64,000 nucleotides of DNA from Chiloscyllium plagiosum (taxonomy: Eukaryota), in NCBI RefSeq assembly GCF_004010195.1, contig NC_057752.1, positions 9,868,862 through 9,932,861 on the forward strand. The letters run 5' to 3'. Below the pieces are notes generated by a model. That model made no database searches. It had not been told where the DNA came from and worked only from the letters and a program-made list of their open reading frames with translations. Made by a program: the position numbers and the translations under genes. Positions 47,473-57,859 of this stretch are shown here, piece after piece (within the stretch, counting starts at the first letter, position 1; each line of letters begins with the position of its first letter).

Positions 47473-48233
47473 TGTGGGATATAGGTAAATTAATGTTACT
47501 TCTGCAGTTCTGCAATTCTGCAATTATAATTGATTATACAAAAAGTAAATGAACTCACACCAGTGTGTAATTGTTTCAGCCAAGAGCTGAGTCAACAAGA
47601 ATGGAAACTATGTGGAGGAAGTACATAATTGTTTTTGTATTAGCTAAAATTGTATGTCAGCATGAAACGTGATTGCAAAACAATGGTAGATATTATGGGC
47701 AAATAGATAAGATGTTGTGAGGGGATGGAGTTAGGCTAGATACACGCCTGTACAAACAGTAGGTATAAACATCTGTTTCCCACTTTTACAGAGACACAGG
47801 AACAAACCCTAATTAAAGAGGTCATAGGGATCAGAGTGGCTTTGGGAGAAGCCCAGATGGAAAGAGTAGATACTGATGAAGAAAGAATATGCCTAACAAT
47901 GACCTGCAGTGGGATGAGGTCAAACGGCCTTGTGAGGCCAGAAATAAGCATTTTGTCACAGACAAGGCCGGATATGGCAAGAGATAAGCAGGAGTGGTGG
48001 GACTAGTCTTAGGGAAGTGGAGGATGTAAACGGGGGAAACAATGAAATAAGAAAAAAAATGTAGGAACCAAATTATATAAATATCGAGAGTTTGTTGAAT
48101 TTGGTGTGTATGTCCTCTGCCTTATAGGCACTGGACATCACACCCACTTGCAAGTGTAAAAATAAAGGGCACTACTGATTCAGATTTTGTCTCTGACTGC
48201 AATTATTGAAGTGTGTGAGCTTTGTTTCTCACA
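47473..48233 (+). repeat. ERV 3' LTR (761 bp)
   Basis: Direct repeat of 41371-42125; about 15 substitutions and 3 indels by manual count. Confidence 0.96.
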
Positions 48234-48895
48234 AAAAGGTTCAGAAAACATTTACAAGGATGTTGGAAAATTGATGTTTCGGGCAAAAGCCCTTCATCAG
48301 GCTTTTGCTCAAAACATCAATTTTCCTGCTCCTCGGATGCTGCCTGACTTGCTATGCTTTTCCAGCATCACACTCATCTAGACTCTGGTTTCCAGCATCT
48401 GCAGTACTTACTTTTGCCTATTTACAAGGATGTTGCCAGGATTAGAGGATTTGAGCTATAGGGAGAGGCTGAACAGGCTGGGGCTGTTTTCCCTGGAGCG
48501 TCGGAGGCTGAGGGGGTGACCTTATAGAGGTTTATAAAATTATGAGGGGCATGGATAGAATAAATAGACAAAGCCTTTTTCCTGGAGTGGGAGAGTCCAG
48601 AACTAGAGGGCATAGGTTTAAGGAGAGAGGGGAAAAAATTAAAAGGGACCTAAGGGGCAACTTTTTCAAGTACAAGGTGGTGTGTGTATGGAATGAACTG
48701 CCAAAGGAAGTGGTGGATGCTGGTACAGTTATAACATTTAAAAGGCATCTGGATGGATATATGAATAAGAAGGGTTTGGAGGAATATGGGCCATATGCTT
48801 GCAAATGGGACTAGATTAGGTTAGCATATCTGGTCAGCATGTATGAGTTGGACTGAAGAGCCTATTTCCGTGCTGTACAGCTCTATGACTCTCTG
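48234..48895 (+). mobile_element. CR1/HER1-like LINE 3' end (right part), interrupted by a short Penelope-derived insert at 48266-48419
   Basis: RFTRMLPGLEDLSYRERLNRLGLFSLERRRLRG-type coding, then a CR1 tail ending in ctatgact repeats. Confidence 0.88.
48266..48419. mobile_element. Short fold-back Penelope-derived insert with hammerhead-like core (48273-48300, -) and 16-bp TSD
   Basis: TSD atttacaaggatgttg at 48250-48265 and 48420-48435. Confidence 0.85.
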
Positions 48896-49409
48896 ACATT
48901 TGCTTTCATGTCATGCAGCTGGACCACATTTGTTTAAAAAAAAAACTACATCATATTTCATGTAAGGTGGGTTTTTTTTTGTACCAGTTTTGATTGTTTG
49001 AAGAACTAGGAAAGACATTTTCCAGTTTGTTCCCTTCCAATCTGGATTTCTATACATTTGACCCAAGCTGAGTTATTTTTATCTCCATGTTCTTTAGCTT
49101 CAACTGAACAGAAATAGGGGAACAGGAATAAATGTTCTGAAGAAGGGTCACTGGATCCAAAACATTAATCTGAGATTTTCCAGCAATTTCTGTTTTGTTA
49201 GGAATAGGCAAGTCCTAGTTTAATAGCTGCAGCTTCAGGTGTCTGCTAATTGTGAAAGCAAATCAAACTGTGACAGCACAGGGAACTGGTGTGTTGTTAA
49301 TAACATAAGTAAGGGAAGTATGGTAAGCGTAAGGGAAGAAATACTATTCTTACATAAGCATGACTTTTTTTTAGAAAGTGAGTGACTAAGGGGCTTAAAG
49401 GAAGGGTCC

Positions 49410-49670
49410 CAGATTCGATTCCAGCCTCAGACGACTGTGTGAAGTTTGCACATTCTTCCCGTGTCTGTGTGGGTTTCCTTCATGTGCTCCGGTTTCCTCC
49501 CACAGTCCAAAGATGTGTAGATCAGGTGAATTGGCCATGGTAAACTGCCCATAGTGTTAGGTGCATTAGTCAGAGGGAAATGGGTATGGGTGGGTTACTC
49601 TTTGGAGGGTCAGTGTGGAGTGGTTGGGCTGAAGAGCCTGTTTCCACACTGTAAGTAATCTAAAAATCTA
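49410..49670 (+). mobile_element. 5'-truncated HE1/V-SINE-like SINE
   Basis: B box and V-domain-like core, aatct tail. Confidence 0.8.
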
Positions 49671-49679
49671 AAAAAAAAT

Positions 49680-49810
49680 CGCAACTACCTGATGAAAGAG
49701 TGGCGCTCCGAAAGCTAGTACTTCCAATTAAACCTGTTGGACTATAACCTGGTGTTGTGTGATTTTTAACTTTGTACATTCCAGTCCAACACCGGCATCT
49801 CCAAATCATA
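49680..49810 (+). mobile_element. Single-arm copy of the 2826-3149 family with hammerhead-like core 49689-49717
   Basis: CTGATGA-AAGAG-TGGCG-CTCC-GAAAGCTA followed by the same tail, ending ctccaaatcat. Confidence 0.8.
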
Positions 49811-50897
49811 AAGGAACTCATGGCAGCGGAGATACTTGTGGTATTCTTTTCCTGTGCCATGTGGCAAGTCGTGGAAGCTTCAGTGTCCTTGGTGACAATG
49901 TGCAGGAAATGTATCCAGCTGCAGTTACTGGCGAACTACATTTTGGAGCTGGACTTGTGGGTGCATTCATTGTGGACCATCTGCAATGCTGAGCAAGTCC
50001 TGCATAGCACATTCAGTGAGGTAGTCATACTGCAGCTGAAGGCTGAACAGCAGAAAGGGCATGGGTTACTACCAGGCAGAGTAGAGGAAGGCAAGACATG
50101 CAGGTATCCCTTGTGTCTGTCCCCTTTTCTAGCAGACACAATATTCTGGATACTGTTGGGACAGATGACTGTTGAGGGGAAAATAGCAGGAGCCAACTTC
50201 ACTGCACCATGAGTGGGTGTGCTCACAAGAGGAAGAATGGCAAGGCCATAATGGTGTGGATTCAATTGTAATGGAACCAGGTATTTCTGCAGCCACAAAA
50301 GAGGTTCCAGAATGGTTTATTGCCTCCTTGGTGCCAGGGTCAGAAATATCAATGAATGGGGGAGGGGGGGCAAATAGATAATGGTACATATTGGTACCAA
50401 TGACATAGATACAAAAAAGGTTGAAGTCCTGCAAGCAGAATTTAGGGGGTAGGAAATAGATTAAGGAACTGCACACAAAAGACCGTAATCTCTGAATTAC
50501 TTATGGTGCCACATGCTAGTGAGTCTAGAAATAGGATGTTAATCCAGATCAATGTGTGGATGGAGACATGGTGCAGGAGGGAGGGCTCTAAATTTCTGGG
50601 ACATTGGAAGCATTTTTTGGGGTGAGGTGGGACTTGAACCAGAATGGGACCAGCATCCTTGTGGGGATGTTTGGTAGTGCTGTTGGGAACAATTTAACAA
50701 ACTTGGTGGGGAGGCGGGGTCAGGATGGGATCCAGAGACAAGGTTTGTACAGGAAGATGAATGGCTAAAATTAGCAGAGACAGCAAGTGAGTCAGAAAGG
50801 CACAGACGTTACGGGCCAGTTCAGGCACAAAGGAGTTTTGCATGGTTGGATGGTATTTATTTCAAAGCTAGGAGTCTGACAAACAAGGCAGATGAGT

Positions 50898-51582
50898 TAT
50901 AGAGTCACAGAGATGTACAGCATGGAAACTGACCTTTCGGTCCAACCCGTCCATGCCGACCAGATATCCCAACCCAATCTAGTCCCACCTGCCAGCACCC
51001 GGCCCATATCCCTCCAAACCCTTCCTATTTATATTCCCATCCAAATGCCTTTTAAATGTTGCAATTGTACCAGCCTCCTCCACTTCCTCTGGCAGCTCAT
51101 TCCATACACGTACCACCCTCTGTGTGAAAAGGTTGCCCTGTAGGTCTCTTCTTTATCTTTCCCCTCTCACCCTAAACACATGCCCTCTAGTTCTGGGCTC
51201 CCTGACCCCAGGGAAAAGACTTTGCCTATTTACTCGATCCATGCCCCTCATAATTTTGTAACCCTTGATAAGGTCACCCCTCAGCCTCCGACGCTCCAGG
51301 GAAAACAGCCCCAGCCTGTTCAGCATCTCCCCATAGCTTAAATCCTCCAACCCTAGCAACATCCTTGTAAATCTTTTCTGAGCCCTTTCAAGTTTCACAA
51401 CATCTTTCCGATAGGAAGGAGACCAGAATTGCATGCAATATTCCAACAGTGGCCTAACCAATGTCCTGTACAGCCTCAACATGACCTCCCAACTCCTGTA
51501 CTCAATACTCTGACCAATAAAAGAAAGCATACCAAATGCCTTCTTCACTATCCTATCTACCTGCGACTCCACTTTCAAGGAG
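50898..51582 (-). mobile_element. Young CR1/HER1-like LINE 3' fragment
   Basis: ORF 51153-51806 segment [41 protein letters not shown]. Confidence 0.92.
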
Positions 51583-51721
51583 CTATTGGGGTTGGGATAG
51601 TAGGTGATTTTGACTTCCACAACATTAAGTAGGGTAGTCAGTGTGGAGGGTTTAAAGGCAGTGGAATTCTTAAATGGCATCCAGGAAAGCTTTTTAAGCC
51701 AGGCCTTACGAGAGAGGGGGT

Positions 51722-52280
51722 TGTTATAAACTAGGCCAGACCCCCTTAAAAACTTCAAGAAAGTAGCCCGTGCCCTAACTTTGCTAGTTGTTTTCAGCAG
51801 GTGCATAGTGGATATTCCAGGAGGGATGCAGCTGGCCCAACCACTTAGCTTTAAGCAAAACAGAATTTATTTGCAAAATTACCCAGTGAAACACAAACAA
51901 AAGAGAATAGAATATAGAATAACAACCTATCTGAAAACCCAACAGATTATCTCAATTTAATGGTGCTGTTCCAAATTCCTGCAACAATCCCCATAAACAC
52001 CCTTGACACAAAAGGTAAAATCAAACACAGGTTCTTACAGGAGAGATGTCAGAGAGAGGGAGGATCAGCATGGGTCCAGCAGCTTCACAATCGATTGAGT
52101 GCTTTCAATGAACAGCTAGACCAAACCAATTTTTAAAATGCGAAAGCCTTTTGCCTGAGCTATTATCAAACTGGCCCTAAAAATCTTCAAATCTAGACTT
52201 TCTGGAATCGCTGATTTTATGACCTCTCTGAAAAAAAAAGCCAAGGAGCATAACCATGTTAAAAGGGCAGCATCATCACA
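51722..52280 (-). repeat. Solo LTR-like repeat (TG...CA), copy 1
   Basis: TGTTATA...ATCACA termini; AATAAA on the minus strand; homologous to 52900-53399 in opposite orientation. Confidence 0.7.
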
Positions 52281-52899
52281 AATAGATTTCTCAAATGTTA
52301 ATGTTGATCTCTCTCCACCTTCTCTGCGGGTGTAACATTGTATCCTGCACTCTTTTCTGCTATCCTGATGTACTTTGTATGGCATGATCTGCAACATTTT
52401 TCAGTGTATCTCAGTATGTGTGACAACAATAAATCAAACTCAGACTCAGTTCTTCTCTCCAGTTTCTGTACCCACATTGTCCCTCTCACTAGTGAATACC
52501 GATATAAAGTGTTAATTTAGAACCCAATCTTTGTCCTCTGGCTCCACCCACAAATTATCACTGTGGTCCTTAATGGCCCTATTTTTTTCCCTAGTTATCC
52601 TTTTATCCTTAATGCATTTACAAAATAACTTAGGATTTTTGAATATTTGATCTGCCATTATTCTTTCATGTCCCCTTTTTGTTCTCCCAATTTTCATTTT
52701 TAACTAACCCTTTGCACATTCTATATTCCTCTTGGGCTTCTGCTGTTCTGAGCCCTCTATCTGTGACAAGCCTCCCTTGTTCTCTTTACCCAATCCTGTA
52801 TATCCCTTGATATCCATAGATGTTGGGCCGACTCTTTATTTTTATGTGGGCCCTCAACTCTCACTATTTTCTTCTTGAATGTGTTCTACTGCTCTGACA

Positions 52900-53399
52900 C
52901 AATGAAAGGGGAGTGGCCAGTTCTCCCAGGTCAGCTTTTCTCTGGTTTGGTTTGGTTGGGCAGTCTGGCTATTCACTGAAAGCAGGCAGTCCGTTTGAGG
53001 CTCCTGATCAAAGAAACAGCTACATGGAAGAAGGGTTCCATGCTGAATCCCTCTGCCATCTCTCTCTCTCTCTCTTCTGTGAGACCCTGTATTTGATTTT
53101 AGCTTTTGTGCCAAGGGGTGGTTATGGGGATTGTTGCAAGTATTTGGAACAGCATCATTAAGCTGGGATAATCTGTTCAGTTTTTGGAGAGGTTAAGTTA
53201 TTCGGTATTCTGGTCTCTTTTGTTTGTGTTTCATTCGGTAATCTTGCAAATAAATTCTGTTTTGTTTAAAATTAAGTGGTTGGGTCAACTGTATCACTCC
53301 TGGAATATCCACATTACACCTGCTTAAAACAACTAGCAAAGTTACAGTCCAGGCTACTTTCTTGAAATACTTTAAGGGGGTCTGGCCTAGTCCATAAAA
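52900..53399 (+). repeat. Solo LTR-like repeat, copy 2 (5'-truncated), inverted relative to copy 1
   Basis: Shares ttgcaaataaattctgttttg, aaaacaactagcaaagtta and ggtctggcctagt with the reverse complement of copy 1. Confidence 0.7.
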
Positions 53400-53944
53400 C
53401 AATCAAAAGTCTGATAACAGCGGCGAGGAAGCTGTTTTTGAATCTGTTCATGTGTGTATTCAAACTTTTATATCTTTTGCCCAATAGCATGGACAAAGAG
53501 GAGGTTCTGAGTCCAAAAATGTGTAGGTTAAGTGGATTGGTCATGCTAAATTGCCCCATAGTGTACAGGGATATGCAGGCTAGGTGAATTAGCCATGGTA
53601 AATGCAGGGTGGGGGGGGGAACTGGATCTTGGTGGGATGCTCTTCAGACAGTCTGAGTGGACTTGATGGGCCAAATGGCCTCTTTCCGCACTGGAGGGAT
53701 TCTATGATTGGTCTGGTTGAAATGCATCCCAGGCTGTTGAATGAGGCAAGGGAACAAACAGCAGGGGCAATCATTTTCAATTCCTCTGTCACCACAGGAG
53801 TGATGCTACAGAACTGGAGGACAGCTAATGGAGTTATTCAAGGGAGCAAGGGATAAACTAGGAATCTACATGCCACTCAGTACAAACCTCAGTGGTGGGC
53901 AAACTATTTATTGGGAGCAATTTTGAAGGACACAATTAGTCTGC

Positions 53945-54106
53945 TAACGAGGTTTGAGAAGATTTGTAGCTCAGGTTGAGGTTCTGGATGTAAGTTTGCT
54001 CCAGAGGGATTAACCTTCACTGGAGGCTCACTGATGATGTCACCTAGTATGGTGATGAAACATCTGAAAACAAACCTTCCAGCTCAGTGAGCAAACTTAC
54101 ATCCAG
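53945..54106. mobile_element. Short fold-back Penelope/Poseidon-type pLTR insert with hammerhead-like core 54031-54064 and 11-bp TSD
   Basis: Arms ttctggatgtaagtttgctc / gagcaaacttacatccagaa; TSD aattagtctgc (53934-53944) / aattaatctgc (54107-54117). Confidence 0.8.
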
Positions 54107-54546
54107 AATTAATCTGCATTTGGAGAGGCAGGGATTAATCAAGAACAGGCGGCCTGGTTTTGTTAAGGGGAGGTTGTGTCTGACAAATGTGATTGAATTT
54201 TTGAAGAGGTAAACAGGTATGCAGACAAGGGCAATGCATTCATCGTGATTATTTGGATTTCAACAAGGCTTTTGATATGGTTCTGCATTGGAGACTGATA
54301 GTGAAGCTAAGAGCCCATGGGATCCAAGGAAATTTGCCTGATTGGATCCAGAATTAGCTGAGTGGCAAGAAGCTGTGGGTGATGGTCGTGAGGTGTTTTT
54401 ATGACAAGACGCCTGTGACCAGTGGGGTTCCACGGGGATCACTGTTGGGGCCCTATATATATGATTTAGGTTTGAATGTAGGAGCGTTGATCAGTAAATT
54501 CACAGATGATACGAATATTGGGGTGAGGTCATAAATAGTGAGAATA

Positions 54547-55405
54547 GCCCCACCCTACCAACCTTCGCATGAACCAAATCACCCACCGACATTTCCCCCA
54601 CCTCCAAAAAGACCCCACCACCAGGGATATATTTCCCTCCCCACCCCTTTCCGCCTTCCACAAAGACTGTTCCCTCCGTGACTACCTGGTCAGGTCCACG
54701 CCCCCTACAACCCACCCTCCCATCCTGGCACCTTCCCCTGCCACTGCAGGAACTGCAAAACCTACGCCCACACCTCCTCCCTCACCTCCATCCAAGGCCC
54801 TAAAGGAGCCTTCCACATCCATCAAAGTTTTACCTGCACATCCACTAATATCATTTATTGTATCCGTTGCTCCCGATGTGGTCTGTTCTATATTGGGGAG
54901 ACTGGGTGCCTCCTAGCAGAGCGCTTTGGGGAACATCTCCGGGACACCCGCACCAATCAACCACACCACCCCGTGGCCAAACATTTCAACTCCCCCTCCC
55001 ACTCTGCTGAGGACAGGGAGGTCCTGGGCCTCCTTCACCGCCGCTCCCTCACCACCAGACGCCTGGAGGAAGAACGCCTCATCTTCCGCCTCGGAACACT
55101 TCAACCCCAGGGCATCAATGTGGACTTCAACAGTTTCCTCATTTCCCCTTCCCCCACCTCACCCTAGTTCCAAACTTCCAGCTCAGCACTGTCCCCATGA
55201 CTTGTCCTATCTGCCTATCTTCTTTTCCACCTATCCACTCCACCCTCCTCCTTGACCTATCACTTCATCCCCTCCCCCACTCACCTATTGTACTCTATGC
55301 TACTTTCTCCCCACCCTCACCCTCCTCTAGCTTATCTCTCCACGCTTCAGGCTCTCTGCCTTTATTCCTGATGAAGGGCTTTTGCCCGAAACGTCGATTT
55401 TACTG
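54547..55405 (+). mobile_element. Young 5'-truncated Penelope-like (Neptune-type) element: GIY-YIG region + pLTR with hammerhead-like core 55368-55395
   Basis: FTCTSTNIIYCIRCSRCGLFYIGETG..LAERFGEH; RRLEEERLIFRLGTLQPQGINVDF. Confidence 0.92.
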
Positions 55406-55532
55406 CTGGTATTTGGGCTGGTCAGTGGCATGAAAGGTTATGGGCCAAGTGCTGGAAAGTAACTTGATAGTTGGGTAGTTGTTTTTGACTAGCGCACACT
55501 TGATGGGCCAAAGGGCTTCTTTCTGTGCTGTT

Positions 55533-55857
55533 GGGAGGCGATGGCCTCGTGGTATTATCACTGGACTGTTAATGTCGAGAAGCAGGTAATGATCTGGGGC
55601 CTTGGGTTTGAATCCTGGCATGGCAGAAGGTGGAATTTGGATACGGAATCTGGAATGACGCATCTAATGATGACTTTGAATCCATTGTCAGAAAAACCCA
55701 TCTAGTTCAGTAATGTCCTTTAACGAAGGAAACTGTTGTCCTCACCTGGTCTGACCTACATGTGACTCCAGACCCACAGCAATGTGGTTGACTCTTAACT
55801 GCAATAAATGCTGGCCTAACCTGTGACACCCTCATCCTGTGAATCAATTTAAAAAAA
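55533..55857 (+). mobile_element. tRNA-derived SINE, second family
   Basis: A-box-like tggcctcgtggt, B-box-like ggtttgaatcc; 3' tail caataaatgctggcc shared with the LINE tail near 11525. Confidence 0.72.
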
Positions 55858-56699
55858 GACATTTCTGATATATCATCCTTGTGATTTTTTTTGCATCCTA
55901 TGTTGAAACTCTAATTATTGCCCATGTTACCTTTAGATTCAACTAGTTCAAAGCTCTCTTGGGTAGTGTCCCACCTTTCAGCCTCTCTAAACTTGAGCTC
56001 ATTAAAATGACCGCCTGAATCTTAATTTATTCAAAGTCCTCAGTGCTCATTTGTGGTTGGCTCCAACTGGCAATGCTTTAATTTTAATTTTTTTTTCAAA
56101 TCCCTTCAATGACCTCACTCCTCCCCATCTCCGTAACCTTATCCAACCCTCTGGTTTTCAAGGTTCTCTGGATCTTGCCAATTCTGGCATCTTGTGCATT
56201 TTCATCACCCACCATTGGCTGCTGTGCTTTCAGCCATTAGCCCTGAAGTCTGAAATTTCCTTCCTAAAGTGCTCTGCCTCTGTGAAGATGTTTCTTATTA
56301 CCTACCTCTTTGACCAGTCCTAAGGTCTCCTTCTTGAACTGGTGTCATGTCTTAACATTCTCCCGTGAAGTACTTTGGCACATTTTGTTATCAACAGTCG
56401 TACATTAATGCAATTGTCAGAAACAAACCTCAATGTCATTATCAGCTTTAAAACCACAAATAATTATCAAAATCAGTTGACAAATAAAACTTGTTTCTTG
56501 TTATAAAGTATGGTTAATTCATTCTCAGGACATTGGCAAGACTGACAAAACCATCATCTGTTGCCAAACCCTCGTTGCCCTGAGATGCTGAGTCTTCATC
56601 CACTGCTCCAAGAAAGCTGTGGTGATGATCAGCCTTCTCCTTGGGCTACGGCAATCTGTCAGGTGAGCTGTTAATCTTTGGATACAACCACCCCCTTGG

Positions 56700-56915
56700 A
56701 TTTCGATTGACTCATTTGTTGTTGTCACATGTACTGAGATCCAGTGAAAAGTGTTTTGCTTGCTATACGGGCTGATCGTACCATACATAATGCATCAGAA
56801 TAGCAGAACAGAGTGCAGAATACAGTGTTACTGCTGCAAGGAAGGCGCAGAGCGAGAGATCAGAATTAACATTTGAGAGGTCTGTTCAAAAGCCTGATAA
56901 CAGTGGGGAAGAAGC
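56700..56915 (-). mobile_element. 3' tail of a non-CR1 LINE (REX1/Babar-like); the same family is split at 52281-52440 / 53404-53500
   Basis: Minus strand reads SFFPTVIRLLN then a 3' UTR ending gtgacaacaacaaat; family name from recall. Confidence 0.55.
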
Positions 56916-57054
56916 TTGTGGCAGTGGTCACGTTCCTGTAGGGAAGAAGGTCTGGGTTGAAGTCAGACCTGTCTTGGAGGTATATCTCAGCATGTCTGAA
57001 CAGGTTGATCAAAATTACTCAAAACTACTTTCCAAGTTTTCGACTCGCCTACTC

Positions 57055-57330
57055 TTGGGAAAAAAAAACCTTGTCTATTTATCCTATCATGCCCCTCATG
57101 ATTTTATAAACCTTGATAAGGTTATCCCTCAGCCTCCGATACTCTTCGGAAAATGGCCCCATCCTATTCAGCCTCTCCCGATAACTCACACCCTCCAAGC
57201 CTGGCAAGATCCTTGTAAATCTTTTCTGAACACTTTCAAGTTTCGCAACATCTTTCCCATAGCAGGGAGACCAGAATTGAACACAATATTCCAAAAGTGG
57301 CTGAACCAATGTCCTGTACAGCTGCAACAT
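57055..57330 (-). mobile_element. CR1 3' fragment
   Basis: ORF MLQLYRTLVQPLLEYCVQFWSP..RRLRDNLIKVYKIMRG. Confidence 0.88.
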
Positions 57331-57859
57331 ATCCAGTTGACTGGTTTGGGGCTGCAGTGGAAGCTGTCACAGTTTAAATGCCCAAATAGGAGCCCCCAGA
57401 GTGTTCATGATTGTGTTCAGTAAATTTATCAGTAATTCAGTGTTACCGATTAAGCACTTGGTGACATTACAGTGATAATTTATTATCTTGGCACGACAGT
57501 AAAAGATTTTGTACTCCACTGTATATAGAGTATATATAGGAGTAGGTCATTTCAGCTGCTCAAACTTCCTTCACTTTTACTGTCAGCAATACTATGACAT
57601 CCATTATCTTTTAAAATTAATTATTTGCATTTTCTCCATATTTCTTAATAGCTATACTTTCCAAGTATATATTTCCATATTAAAGGGCCAATTGACTCAG
57701 TAATGTATGATCTTCAGGGACAATGGATTCTACATTTTAACAAACTTTGTGTGTTGACCTCTTTGTGCACCTTCTCTGCAGCCATAAAATTGTATTCTTC
57801 ATTCTGTTCTCTTATACTTATGCACTTTGTATGGTATCATCTGCCTTTACTGCATGCAA

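Larger units (their letters stand above)
41371..48233 (+). mobile_element. Class I (gamma/epsilon-type, HERV-I/HERVIP10-like) endogenous retrovirus; defective provirus with two LTRs
   Basis: TG...CA direct repeats, PBS, gag, truncated pol, env and PPT in order. It splits a CR1 3' fragment (cttgaaag | ggttcagaaaa) with a probable 4-bp TSD AAAG/AAAA. Confidence 0.96.
49815..55530 (+). mobile_element. Long, heavily fragmented CR1-like LINE (ORF1 from about 49819, ORF2 pieces) hosting many nested elements
   Basis: ORF1 N-terminus (CAMW..CRKCIQLQLL..ILEL) and esterase remnants; ORF2 pieces at 51585-51720, 52440-52900 (inverted) and 53705-54545; tail at about 55405-55530. Confidence 0.7.

Noticed and set aside
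56529..56662. Exon-like segment (tctcag|...cag|gtgag) on the plus strand
   Set aside because: No recognisable protein or partner exons; it resembles a decayed reverse LINE/SINE tail
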